NCBI GenBank assembly: GCA_051294375.1
Contig: CM119263.1
Span: 23,322,403 to 23,386,402, forward strand
Length of the DNA: 64,000 nt
Reading direction: 5' to 3'
Source of the DNA: Paraspadella gotoi
Taxonomy: Eukaryota > Animalia > Chaetognatha
Part shown: one piece after another, positions 44,670-58,222 of the stretch
Layout of the letters: each line of letters starts with the position of its first letter
How positions within the stretch are numbered: position 1 is the stretch's first letter
Notes under the pieces: generated by a model
Seen by the model: the letters and a program-made list of their open reading frames with translations, nothing else
Databases searched by the model: none
What the model was told of the DNA's origin: nothing
Translations under genes and position numbers: made by a program

Positions 44670-47600
44670 TCAAGACGCAGATCGTCCGTCCCTTCGATAT
44701 TTATTTGGAGAAGTAGGACTTCGAGCGGAGTTCTTTCTGTGACGCCCAGAGGAGCTCGACACGTCGGAGCGCGATTCTCGATAGGAACGCGAAGGAGATC
44801 GTTCGCTGCGGTAAGAGCTTCCGGCGGATTCGTAATGCCTGCGGAGTAAATTTATTATCGGAACTCCTGGTTCGGACTATCGAAGGTCCTTTTATATGTC
44901 TCTTGAAGACATAAATAAGGAAATTGGTACGCACTTACGTAGATAAAAGGAAAATATTATGAATGTATCTATAACAAAGTTTTGAAATAAAAATCGTTGT
45001 TAAATCTCTCTTCAAAACTTTGTTCTAAATCAAATCACAACGAAACAAAGGAAAAAACAGAATGTAGTAATATATTTTAATTTTTAATTTTTAACAAAGG
45101 AAAAAACAGAATGTAGTAATATATTTTAATTTTTATGTATTGAAAAACTGCAGACAATCCAATGAAATTATATTCATTTTATCTATCCATTGACATAAAT
45201 GAAAAATAACAAGTTTGAGCAATGCCGTATCTGCCCACGATCATGAGCGGTAAACAGCTGATGAGATAATTAATTAATTAATTTTTTTTTTTTCATTTAA
45301 AAATATTTTTCTGCTTTGTCTCTCAATCACAAAACAACAATCTCGATAACAAAATTAATTAAATACAAAATAACAATTATTTAATAATTTAATAATAATT
45401 AATTAATGCAGCTTGAATTTACATTTAATATAAAAAGCATAATCAAATAATGAAATAGTTTTTTTGTTTTCTCCATTTTAACTCATTTCCACTCGGTCGA
45501 TTCCATCGAAATTTGATTTCCTGCTCAATCACACTGTTAAAGAGTTTAATAATGATTTTTATATGAATTGAGCCCTGAGCTTTTATTTTTTAAAGGCTCA
45601 GATATCTGAATTTAAGGTTTTATTAAATTAATTCAATAATTCTGTTTAAAGCCTCTAATCGGTTGAATTTTATACTTTGAATTTGAATATCTGGTCTCTC
45701 ATTGGTTTATAATAACAACTTGTTGTTATTAACAAGTAGATGTTTTGATTTATATTCTTAAAATGTGAACTCTCCACTCATTGGTTGTTATAATTTTGTT
45801 CTTATATATAAAAGGAGAGTAATATCTTAATTTTTGGGAGATTTTTTATGAAGCTTTGAGCTGCTGCTGCGTCTCGGCTCTGCTGCTGCATCTTGGCTCT
45901 GCTACTTATCTTTATCATGCTGCTGCTCGTCCCTCAATGACTATCGGATATTGAATACTTAATGAAGTTATTATTCTACTTTTATCTCATGGTATATGGA
46001 TTAAGCACTTTCCTACTCACATACAAAATTTCAAGTCAATCGCCCCATAAAATAATGAGTAATTGGCGTTCAAATCTAAGGGGGGACGGACGGACAGACA
46101 TTTTTTTAAAAATAATTTATCATAATTCGATGTTCTGACATGATTTAAGTGAATGACCGTCAAGATTGAATGGGCGGAACGACGGATCGACAAAGTGAAT
46201 TATAGAGCCGGAATCTGCTGTAAGCAGATCCGGCTAAAAATCCGAGGTAAGAGGATGGAATGTGGATGGAATGATACGTTCCCCCTCTGAGCCAATAGAA
46301 TTAGCTGAATAAAGTAGGAGGTGAGGCTGTGAATATATAGCCAAAAATCTTTTGATTTATGTTCTACCATGAAAAGGTCAGGTTTCAAAATTTGTGGCGA
46401 ATCGTAAATTCCCCTCATGTATAGCTTGGTAAGGCTCGGCACATGCCATTAGCTTAGACAGCTGGTTAGTGGGTACTTGCATACCAACTGTGAGTTCCGG
46501 GTTCAATCCCCTCAAGGTCACGCGGTTAAGTGTGATAGTCTTGGTTTAAGCTCGCCAGTGACATGGAGGTCGCTGCGGGTCCAATGCCCTGAGCGCCAGA
46601 TGTCGGGAGATGCCTCACACCCCACCCCGGGCATCACAAATGTCCCCCGTTGCTATACTACATCGACTTGAAAATTACGTTTATAGTTTTACAATAAATT
46701 TGAGTCTAAAATTCTACATTGTAATTTGGTGACAAACCTAGGGCTTTTGGAGGAGTCAGCGGAGGCTTTTTTAATCGAAGAATGTTCGTATCTCGACGAT
46801 TCCCGACGTCGAGGACTGGAGGACGAGGCTGAGCGTTTGCGCCGAGTGGGTGAATTGAGAGTACCATGTTTTCGCTTCGAAGCAGGGCATCTTTCCTCTT
46901 TTATGTCCACCAAGCTTGTTGACTTTATTTGTGTCCTCTGTGACGAAATTAACAAGGTGTATAATATAATATAATATAATACCGAGTATCAAAAGTAAAA
47001 AGGAACGAACGAATATTTAATTTGGTAAAATAGTTAAAATTTGTTATTATTTTTAGCATGTCTTCAATGACTACTACGATTACTATAAAACCGCTTAAGT
47101 TGTTTTGAATATTTCTAAAGTGTTACAACAGCAAAGCGAAATATTGCTTACATCCCAAGATAATGTTGAATTCTAATTGTTAATATTATTACCTTTCCGA
47201 TCAGATTTGCCTTTTCAAACTTTTGATCGATGCGAAGAGATGACATGTATTTACATAGCAATTTCCTCATATTCACTTCGAAATCGCCGCTTTTCCTCGC
47301 TGTAGCTTTCTGCTTCAAGATTTCTTTTAAGATTCCTGATTTAAAGATAAGAGTGAGTATAAGTATAAATCTACTATGAAATTAAATTCAATAGTGGCGA
47401 GGGTTCAAAACTTTCGTCTTGTAGTTTACTTTCAGGTAAAAAAAGAATATTTAAAAAAAGTTCGATTTTAATGCTGTTCTTGTTGCTATCAAAATTATAA
47501 TAATACTATATAATGATATTTTTTTAAATTAATCTTAACTTTTGTGATGGATTCTGATAGAACATAAAAAGTTAAATAAAAAATATGACTACAACTTTCA

Positions 47601-50600
47601 AAAATTCTTGTTTTCTTGCTCAAATTTAAGAGTAATAAAATTATAGAAATATGATGATTATTATTAATAGTTTTTCATAATTTTCACCCACATCTGGTCA
47701 AAATATCGAGAAAAAATTATACTTTGTGTAAGCTACCTGAATCTGATCTTAAAAATAAAAAATCTTAACAAAATTTTTTAGCCTTTCTTGTTTATAAATA
47801 AAATCTGGGTATAGAGTAATATTAAAAATTGTTTGTCTATTTAATTTAAATTTTCGTTTGAACAGGTGCTTAATTCAAATTTTTTAACCATCTTAGAGTT
47901 AATTTTTCATTACAATATAATTAAAAAGAGACTCACTGAATAAGAAAACATGGGGTTCGAGCCTATCTTCGCTTTTCTTCGCCTCTATTTCAAAAACCTT
48001 AAGAATCCATTGCATCGCTTCATCATAAGACTCATCGCCAATCTCTTCCTTGATTTTCATAAGTGTTTCGACCATGTCTGGATTGATCTCCACTGATGCT
48101 GGCAACAAACGCGCCACTCTCAATCGGGTCGCGTTTTCTTCTGATTCTTTAACTACAGCCTTTTCAAATGCTTTCACAAGTTCCGCGAATAAATCTTTAG
48201 AAAGCACTGACTGAGTGAGATGGAACGAAGTCTGTATTTCATCCTCACAAAATGTACTTTCCGGCTTCATATTTTCGCCCAAAACATTTTCATCAAAAGC
48301 TTTCAAAATACTGCAATAACGAGAGATTCCCAGTTTCTTTAAGAACGGCTTCAGCTCCTGAGCTCCACGCCTGTTAGGATCCAAGCAACGTGGAAAAAGA
48401 GAGCCAATTTCTTCATCATCGACCATTGATGTTTCATAATCGAATTCAATCTCGACGGCACCGGAGGAATGTATGGCGGTCACTTCTCGCCACATATCAC
48501 GACCGGATTTTTCGAGGCTTGGATTAATTTGGGAATGGGCCTTGCTAATTGCCATCATGCGATCCTCGATGTCTTGGCGATTTGAATCTTGACTGGGTAG
48601 TGGTGGTGGCGCAAACTGGATGCTAATCCTTTCTTCGATCCTGTTCTTCACGGATTTATCTTCTATCATGATACCAGGTGGTCTTGACATTCGGTAAGAC
48701 AATAACTCCCTTACGAAAGGAAATTCTCTCTTTTTGGCGATCTTCTCCGAGTCGCAGATGGCGTCAAAACGAACGGAACCTGGATAGGCTGATAGAACAC
48801 TTTGAAAGAGATGCAGGCGTAGGATGGAGGACTTGGCGTCCTTGAACACTCCCATGTAGACGCTGGTAACAACCTTTAAGATAAATTTCGTGAAAGCATT
48901 GTTGCGCGATTTCATGGCGTTGGTATCGGCGGTAGTGGCAACGTTAATAGCACCGATGCGCAAAACTGTAACAACACGTTTCACACGCTGTTCTTGATTG
49001 ACTTCAACTTTGAGTCCTTCGGCATCAGAAAGCTCATAAACGACCTTCTCCCAATTGTAACCTAAACTAGGGTTGGACAACTTGTGTTTGAGGTGAGCAG
49101 TATTAAGCCAAGCAAGTCCAGCGAATTGACACTTGATTGCCAATATTAAGTGCGCGAGTGAGCGATCCGTGGCAGTGGCATTTTCGATAATTGTCTTGGG
49201 ATTATCGGGGTTTTTTACCAAAGGGAAGGAATCATACGATACGGGAATATCGCGACCAGCAGGTATCATTGGAATTACATCTGAGAGAGTTTCTTCGTTA
49301 AACATGGAATTAGCTTCGGTATTAATACGCTCTTCTTTTATCAAAATCACAGCACAGCTCAACTTTTTTAAAAACAACAGTGCTTCTTCGTTTAATTCCA
49401 GCTTGTAGAAATTATCATTATTCCCATCCAATGTATTTTTGATGACAACTTGGAGGTGAACGAGATCCTCTGATGAAGCACTTTCCAAACATTTTTCTAG
49501 GAGGGAATCTACATTGTTCTGCTGTAAAAAATTTACAATTTCCGGTGCAATAACGTTAATAAATTTTCGGCAACAGTTTGAATCCAAAACATTGTGCAAT
49601 AGTAAACGGCCAAACTTGTGGGTTGATAGTTCAAGGCTCCGATCCAGTATGTTATCAATAATTTTACAATCGCGCTGCAAACTCCCATCGCTTTGTTTTA
49701 AAATTTCTACAATATATAATAAGATCTGACCTCCAAAGAAAGTTGAAGCGCATTTACAAATGTTGAGTCCTATTTCGCGGAAAATGGCTAATCTGAGATG
49801 AGGATTATCTTTAATGATACTTTTCACAACATCGTACCCGTGATTATTGCATGCAATATCGACGACTTTGGTGAGAAAAACATCTAGCAAAATCTTTTTT
49901 TCTTTTTCATGCAAATTTGAGTAAGAATTAAACAGTTTGATGACTATAATTTTATAAACATTGCAAGTAGCTAGATCTATTAAATAGTGGCTTAAAAACA
50001 CCATGACGATTGAGGCTTGTCGGCGATTGTCCCCCTTCAACACACGCAAAATTCTCTCTATTCCGTCAAATTTAATGATTCTTACCCAAAAATCTTGAGG
50101 GCTCTTCATCCAAACGGGATCATGAATTGGATTAGTAAAGGATAAAGGATCTTTCTCAACAGTTGTTCCCAGTGGTTTTTTCTCAACTGTTGTAGTTTGC
50201 GTCATCGGCGCCACATTGGCAGAGTCAACATTGACAGATGCGTTGCAGTCTGGGTAAAGAATCTCAGATTTTACACTGGTTGTTAGAAAACTTTCTGAAT
50301 TACTAGTTACAATTTTTTCGACCAAAACATCTTCCTCTTCCTTCGTGTTGGACTCTTTAAATTCTTCACTATCAACACATTTTTGAACTATTACAAATTC
50401 TTGTTGTTGTGCATTTGGATTAAAGGAAAAGGAATGAGTACTTTCTACTTTAAAGCTACCACCGCCCACAACATTTGCTTCAGGAGACCCGATATTTATT
50501 TCCTGAACGTCCAAATCTTCTATCTTAATTAAACTTGACTCTGATTTTAGGTTATCACACACCAGAATTCCACCTTCATCCTCTTTCAAAAGCCGATTCC

Positions 50601-51353
50601 GAGGTTTTTCAAACGATTCCACCGCGGAGGAGTCTTCATCACCTCGTGAATCGAATTTGTCGATTACGAAACCTACATCGTAACACACGATGTCAGTGTC
50701 ATCGGATATTGTTTGACCGTTTTTCTCCCTCTCACGTTGATCATGCTCGAAAGACGACCCAAATGAAACAACAGTGGACTGACGTGAATTCAAGGAATGA
50801 TGGTGGGCATCATGTAAATCAACCGCCGTTGAATATGCGACTTCTTCGTTCTTATAAATAGTTGCTGTTCCATTCACGCCGCTTTGAACGGCGGCAAATG
50901 ATAAGTCCTCACCTCGAGTTAACCGTTTAGTAGGTAATCGTTTACTTTCATTCAATTCAACATCTTCGTTGCTTTGTTCGACAGTAGTCCTAGAATTAAA
51001 AAGGCAGTTTTTAAATTTTCGAAGCACAAATAACCTATGTAAATTGTAATCTTCCTAATGTAACGATCATATAAACTTAGTATTTAAAAACAGTGTAGTT
51101 GTAACTCCCGAGAATGCTTACAATTTGGCCTCTTGCACCCTGGTCGTGTTTTCCCGACAACTCCGACAAACAAAATGATTAGTATTCTTGAGCCATTCCT
51201 GCAATTGAAATAGAATTGCTGCTGTTAGTATGAGGAAGAAGACTATCTCCGCATATCGAAGAATAGGCAAAAGCTCACTTCTGCTGTTGTTAAACTTTTT
51301 ATCGCCGTCTGAACAAGTACGAGAACGTCATCGTGGCTGGAGACTGTAGTCAT
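44670..51353 (-). CDS. Large (~1253 aa) putative RNA-binding protein with degenerate Pumilio/Puf-like repeats and an RS-rich C-terminus
   Basis: Exons 51353-51279, 51198-51122, 51034-47937, 47335-47193, 46937-46738 and 44838-44670, all GT-AG and phase-consistent (3762 nt). The 1042-aa ORF is the large exon. Puf-like repeats include VDIACNNHGYDVVKSII, CKCASTFFGGQILLYIVE and LELSTHKFGRLLLHNVLD. Tail reads RRKRSASSSSPRRRESSR...YRSERSPSRSYRESRS. Confidence 0.8.
45208..46240. mobile_element. DINE-1/HINE-like family 1 copy carrying an insertion
   Basis: aacaagtttgagc start, ggacggac tract and gccggaatctgc-tgtaa-gcagatccggc hairpin end. Confidence 0.7.
45535..46007. mobile_element. Putative solo LTR inserted in the HINE
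   Basis: Interrupts the HINE motif aatcacac|tttcc. TGTTAA ... TTAAGCA ends, two ctcattggtt (reverse CCAAT) boxes and a tatatataaaagg TATA box. Confidence 0.45.
46261..46662. mobile_element. Putative solo LTR containing a tRNA-like segment
   Basis: TGT ... ACA ends, CCAAT and TATA-like motifs, and internal gggttcaatccc (B-box-like) at ~46499-46510. TSD is not clean. Confidence 0.4.
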
Positions 51354-51626
51354 TTTTATATGGACTATTACTAAAAAAAAAGGGGAAAAAAATACTTTAG
51401 AAAATAAAAATATTAATTCGTATTAAGAAATAGGCATTCCGAGGCGTTCTAGAGATCAATGGGAAAATGAAATGTAAGGTTTTTCTTAATGAATTAACGG
51501 AAAAACAAGAGCAAATGGGAACGGAAAGAAAAACTAAGGGAATTCAGATATCGTAATTTTTTTAACATTTTTTATTGTTGTTATTACATTAATTTGTACC
51601 AATTTTAAAAAATTCAGCTCTTTGTA

Positions 51627-51849
51627 TTTTGATGCTAGTGCGCAGTACAATATAGTATTCCCCGATCTAATACTAAAGGGAGTTCATACAATTGAAACAT
51701 TCTTTGAAATATTATACCACTTCATTGATAGGGAAGCCAGGTTCACAGGGAGTGAATAAACAAGACTGTGAGAGTCTTGATTGAAAGCTTGCAGAAACCT
51801 GCTATGTTATTATCTTGTAAGAGTGATTGAGACCTTAAACCACCAAAGT
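51627..51849 (+). repeat. Dispersed repeat family B copy
   Basis: Homologous to 14763-14995. Confidence 0.85.
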
Positions 51850-52098
51850 AAAAACTAAAAGTTTTTAATATAAATAAGTATAAACATATATGTATCCTTT
51901 AAAGAACAAATTTTTTAAAAATTTCATATATTATGAATAGGTAATATTTAAAGTTTATTGTATTATTATAAATCATAAAAATTTGTTTTTAAAATTTTAA
52001 ATTTCTAAATACGGATTCTGATTGAGCTTGAAAAAATAAAAATTATTACTACATAATTTCCAAATTCTTATGTTTTATTGGTTAAAATTAACAAAAAC

Positions 52099-53231
52099 TA
52101 GTATCTCAATGGTACTGTCCGTTAACTTTTAGATATCGCGTGGATCTATGTAGAGACAACAATGTCAAAAATGTAACCATTTATAATATTATATTTTAAA
52201 TTTATTTTTTATCAATTTTATTTTTGCAAAACTTACAATTTAAATAAGTTTGTTTTTACATTTTTTATTTTTAAATTTATTTTTATATTTTAATTTAAAT
52301 TTTATTTAAAAAATTATGTAGAAAAATATTTTAAATAAATATAAATCATTTAATTTTGTATAAGTATATAAAACCATAGCCGATGAAATTTAAATGATAA
52401 TGTACACAGCGTTAAAATAATTTAACATGAGCATAAATTATAGTATTAAAATATTTTTTTCAAAAATGCTTTCTTCTGAAGGTACTAACCTAATTAAAAT
52501 TATTATATTTCTAATATTATTTCTATATCTAGAAAAAAAAATAAATATTTTTTTATAGATTCTGATAGAGCATAAAAAGTTAAATGAAATATAAGTTAAG
52601 TGAAATATAAAAAAACTAATAAAATCATCAAAAGATGATGACAATTTTTTATAATTTTTTTTTATTTTTGACTCATTTATCATAAAAATATTTAAAAAAG
52701 AATTATACTTTGTATAGATAACTTTTTATAAGCTTTCTGAATCTAGTCTTAAAATTAACAAAAATTTTTAGCCTTCCCTATCTATAAATAAATATTTAAA
52801 AAAATATTACTAGGGTATAGAGCCATAAAAAAATTTTCGTCAATTGAAAGTATATTTTCGTCCCCTTTGGGTCACTTGATACGACCGACGTTTCTCCTCT
52901 TTCTCTCCTGTTTATAAGTCGACATCGTTGGACAAAACTCTCACTCGAATAAACCTTCATTGTTATATTTTATTCTCATGTTTTACATTGTAATAAATAT
53001 ATATTATTATAAACATTGTCGCCATAGACTAAATATTAAAAAATAATCAAAAAATTATCTTTTAAAAATTATTTACAAAATAACAGAGTTTATTTGTTCA
53101 ATTTTTAAAATTTAAGTATCTTATAAAATGGTCCATACTTCTGCCCATATTCATAATGAATTCAAGTTTTTCGATCTGGTATACGATTAGTAAATTTTTA
53201 TTAACAGACAGTACCATTAGGACACACTGTA
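52099..53231. mobile_element. Tc1/mariner-like MITE with a nested family D copy
   Basis: Inverted ends aatggtactgtccgttaa / ttaacagacagtaccatt...cactg|ta. The same terminus (tacagtgtcccaatggtattgtccgttaa) occurs at 34931. Confidence 0.55.
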
Positions 53232-53430
53232 TAAAAATTATGGTATGATAATTATTTTTCATTGCTTATGCATTGATAAATATTTAAATATTTCAATGAA
53301 AATTGAAAATGAAAATTTGCAAATTACTTGTTTCACCATTTTTTTTATATTTTAATATTTTAATATTTTTATGAAGGATTTAGTATTTAATCTATATTAT
53401 GTTATATTATGTTATATCAATGTTATACAA

Positions 53431-54060
53431 TAGGGTGGAGTGATGAAAAGATTGAGTGATTGAACATTCTTTTTTGCTGCCTATGGACATATAATTAATG
53501 AATTTTAAATCATTTTAAAAAAACTTTTAGCATAACAGTATAGCAAATTCAATTATTTATGTAGTAATATCCTTATAAAATCGTCAAATTTCAAAATAAT
53601 TTTGTTATATTTTTAAGAACGGATTTGGATTCGTGTAAAAAAAATAAGAAACTTTTATAAAATATGTTATATGATATTTTTAATGTTTAGATCACAAAAA
53701 ATGACTAAAACTTTTTAACATATATAAGTTTCTACTACAGAGAATAAAAAAGTCAGGAATTTTTACCTTTTTTCTTATTTTAAACATTGAAGATGACAGA
53801 ATTTTTGATAACATGTTTTATATTTTTGATTCAACTTTTTATGAAGAATCTGAATCTTTAATAAAAGTTTTATAAAAATTATTTTTTAAAATTTACTATT
53901 TTATAAGGATATTACTACAAATATATTATATTTTACTATTCTGTTCCCGAGATAATCTGAACAAAATATTTTTTGTACTAGTTAATCATACTATCTCACA
54001 TCTAAATATCATTGTTCGATCATTCAAATAAATTTTTTTGTTCTTGAGTGCTCCACTCTA
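53431..54060. mobile_element. hAT-family MITE
   Basis: TIRs tagggtggag / ctccactcta and perfect 8-bp TSD ttatacaa (53423-53430, 54061-54068). Confidence 0.85.
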
Positions 54061-55489
54061 TTATACAATGCTTTACCAATTAGATAAATAATATTAAAAA
54101 TCGATTAAGTATTTAATGGACAAAAGAATTTTGTATTACAGTTATAAATTTTGGCCCGCCTTAGTAAGGGTTAGGGATAAGTAGGATTTAGGGGTAAGTA
54201 AGGCTGAGGGGTAAATTAGGGCTAGGGGTAAGTTAGGGATAAGTTAGGGTTAGGGGTAAGCTAGGGGTAGGTTAGAGTTAATAGTAAGTTATTAGCATTT
54301 AAAAATAATAATTTTTTTAGAAATAGAAAACAGACTGTTTTGGCTTTAATGCCTTTATCAGCGCGGAAAATTGATTTGTTTCTAAACAATTTGTAACCGT
54401 TAACGCTTCAGGAATTACTTTACATCTACAATATAGGTCAATGTAGGCAATCTAACGGTTTTTCAGTAATATTTAACGAAAACTAATGATCGAGTAATAT
54501 TTTTTCAGAAAAAAAAATATGATTTACGGTCGTCCAAAAGGGGCATCAACATTCAAATTATAAAACAAAAAAAATATGAATGAACAGAATTGTCTTATCA
54601 CAGTCTAACAGATGTTGAGTTCAAGAGTTCATGAGTCATTCGTGATCGACGTCGCCGTCACCATCTGGGGTTGGGTGAGAGGGATTGCGGCTGAGAAGGA
54701 GGGTAGTTTCCCTTTATCAGTATAATTCCTAGGCACAGGAAGAGGTGGCGAAGTTTCACCCCACTAGCGAAATTTTCCGAATGTGGAGGGCTGCTTCAGC
54801 GTTCCAGGCTGCAAGGGTCTCGGCAGGAAGGGAAACAAAAACGATCCCGGACTGAGCCATTTTCCTGCGACGAGCTGCCTCCAACGATGAACCTGGGTAT
54901 TCCGCAGCTCCGTGGACGATGGATGAGAGGAGAGAGTTGGTCAGTGGTCACGGTCACCTCCAAGGGGGCGTCCTTACCCTCTATCTAGTTTGGGATGTAG
55001 ACATCAGCGGGGCGTGCAACCCTGCCAGGCAGGAGGGCTTGAGCTTCTTTAGCTTCTTTAGCAGCGGCAAAAGCGGCGCTTGCGAGTAATACTTTTTTTT
55101 GGATAACAACAAATAAATGATAAAAGTCGATCGCCAGAAAGATGGATATAAGTTATAAGTTACAACGATAGTACAATAATGGTTGCACAAGATAATAATC
55201 ACAGTAAGTGTGGATCACAGAAACGCGGTATATCATAATGTATATAAAAATGAGACATAAAATAAGAATAAAAATAAGAATAATAAAATAAGACGAAAAT
55301 TTGCGGCAACCATCTTGTGGAATGTTCTTATGTTTTATAGCAATCGGTTTAGGGAACTTGTTCAGTCTGCTGTCTCCCGTTAAAACCTGAACAATCTGAA
55401 AATAAAAGGTTTTCTCTATTAGTCTAACGGTTTTAGGTTATTTTTGTCAGTGTATATTCCTTTCTATTTCGTTGTTTTGAATTGTATTA

Positions 55490-55621
55490 GAGATTGGCAA
55501 AGTTATTACTTTTGACGATTTTATTTCATGATAGAAACGGATATGTTTCGGCTTGTTGTTCAAGCCTTCTTCGGCGTTTACAATTTGAAATTATTTGAAA
55601 TATTAGTGCTAAAGAAGAAGA

Positions 55622-55695
<74 letters not shown>

Positions 55696-55768
55696 AGAGG
55701 GATAAAGTTCAGAGGTGAGGATAGGTTGAAGTTAGGGACAGATTGAGTAAGTTGTGAAAAGGAAGTGA

Positions 55769-55809
<41 letters not shown>

Positions 55810-56262
55810 GTTAGTAAATAATACATTAGAGATGTACAATAGAGATGTAAAAATTTTTGAAAGACTAAATAGTAGTGATTTTAACAATTAAATAAGTAAT
55901 AAATAATTTGTAAAAAAAGAACAGAAAAATGAAATTGAAAGTTTGAAAAATTACATTTAATAAGGGATAGCTAAGTAAATGAGACAGAGAAATTTAAGAA
56001 ATATGATAGAGCTCAAATGGAGGACGATTCGATCTCCCTCCAAGCTATGATTTGCTGTCCTCACCTCTGACCACTATTCTATCTCACCTCTGTGTTGGAA
56101 AACTTTTACCCTCTCTCTCTCACACACACTCTTCTTTAGAACTAATATTTCAAATAATTTCAAATTGTAAACGCCGAAAAAGGCTTGAACAACAAGCCGA
56201 ACACAGGTCCGTTTCTATCATGAACTAAAATCGTTGTAAAAGTAAAAACTTTGTTAATCTCT
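55490..56262. mobile_element. Inverted pair of Penelope-like LTR fragments with hammerhead-like motifs
   Basis: Arms ~55490-55630 and ~56110-56262. Minus strand 55579-55535 reads aaacg-CCGAAGA-a-GGCTT...AAGCC-GAAACATATC-cgttt; the plus copy at 56169-56214 is more mutated. Confidence 0.65.
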
Positions 56263-56371
56263 AAGGTTATTTTTGAAAATTTACGTCTTTGGTTAAAAAA
56301 AAATACTGAAGACTTGAAGTCACCTTTTATTTAAAATTTAAATGAATCGTAAAGCCGAGTGTTGATGAAGG

Positions 56372-56685
56372 TAGCCATAGCCGATGAAATTTAAATGCTA
56401 ATGTATACAGCGTTAAAATATTCTATCATGACCATAGATTATGGTATTAAAATATTTTTTGTCAAAAATGCTTTCTTCTGAGGGTACTCGCCTAATTAAA
56501 AATATTATATTACTATATAGAGCAAAAAATATTTTTTTTAAATCTTAAAATTTTTTGATGAATTCTGATAGAGCATAAAAAGTTAAACAAGAAATATAAC
56601 TACAGCTTTTAAAAATTATTACGTTTTCTAAGTGAAAATATAAAAACTGATAAAATCCTTTTAGTTTTTCATCTTTGACTCATAC
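56372..56685. mobile_element. Family D DNA element, truncated copy
   Basis: Homologous to the first half of 17403-17990. Confidence 0.7.
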
Positions 56686-58222
56686 TATACTAAAAAGTAA
56701 AAATTACCTAATTAATTAATCAATAAGTCACGCAATCTAGGTTTCGAATAAAAGGCAAGACTAAATATTGAATTTATTTTACTTTATGATTTACTGTTTT
56801 TGATTTGGGTCAGTTTTTCAAACAGCTTCCAATTCCTCGTGCGAGAAAAAGTGACTTATGTTATGGCACGAAAGTGGTAATTACGTCGTTTTACCGTTAC
56901 TTTCGGCAGCCATTATTGATATCTAATAAAAGCTAAGATCAAGCAGATTCTGAAAATGTAGTTGGTTTTAATCTACAATGAACTATTCTCTCGTAATAAA
57001 GGAGCCAATTTAATCCTGAAAGAGCTCGAAAACCCTGTACTCTGTATTGTATATGTGTATGTAAATGCACTTGTAGATTGTACATAGGACTATAAGTCAG
57101 AAGTTCTGACAGAACTCAACAGACTGAAATACTCCGGGTATCGCATTCCTGGCGCTTTATTAGAATAATCAATATATTGATATCTATTGATATTTACCTT
57201 AAAGTAAGTTACTAACATTGCAGGGTAACTTTTATTTTATTATTAAGAATTCGTCACAAACATATATTTTTAATGGTTTATTGGCAAGAAATGAGAAAAC
57301 AAAACGAGAAATGATCAATTTGTATACAAAGAAATATATTGTGATTGTATAGAATAATAGGAATATTAAGACTACATAAGGTTTCAAATATAAGTCACAG
57401 TTCGAACGAATTTCGGAATTAAAAACTGTTCTTGAAAGAAAACGTAACAGTAACAAAAAAAATCTCATGCGAAATTCCTATATAAAAAATGAAATTTAAT
57501 AGTAACGAAACTTAAATTTTGCACGAGTACACGTTTCCACTCTTAGAGAACCTCGCAATTAAGTTACATTCGCATTCAAATTGATTTAGTCATGTTAGTA
57601 TGAGTTTTAAGTATTCATTGCATACGCACTTTAATTAAGTAGTTATTTTTTTAGAACAAGATCAATAAACTTTAATTGCTATCAGGATTATCACACTTTG
57701 ACACACGGTCGTCGTGAACTTCAGTGGGAACGCTCAAATTTTGTACAAATTTACGTAATGAATTTTTCCCAATCTTCGCATTAACTTTTTGCGACAAAAC
57801 AAATTGCAGACGACAGAGATATAATCATATATGTATCTGTAAAGATCACTGTTTGACATTTTCATTAACATTTTAGTCTGCTGATGAGGTTTTATGGTTA
57901 TGTTGTAAAGTTATTTGAAATACCAATATTTTTTTTTGTTAAAATTATGAATTAATTTTTAATTTTTTTATTCTAACTACATGTTTCGAATTTTTTAAAT
58001 TTTTGTCTTTTAAAATATTTAATAATCTCCGTCATGTGAACGAGTTTAAGAAAAACACTGAATCCCATGTAGCACCGTGGCACTAATCTACGTCTACGCT
58101 TCTCGTGAATAAATCGTCATGTAACTTGCTAAAGATTGGAATGCTGTGTGTGAACCAGTTTGGCACGAGTAGATATATTGACTTTCTCATTTTCCTCGAA
58201 CAAGCGACTCCGAGTGTCGTCG

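Noticed and set aside
47899-47936. Stop of the 1042-aa ORF as the true C-terminus
   Set aside because: A perfect GTGAGT donor at 47936 and three phase-matched downstream exons continue the protein; an unspliced isoform cannot be excluded.
51122-51198. EWLK...CRSCR as the end of a RING finger
   Set aside because: The upstream exon starts at ATG 51353 and has none of the other RING Cys/His ligands.
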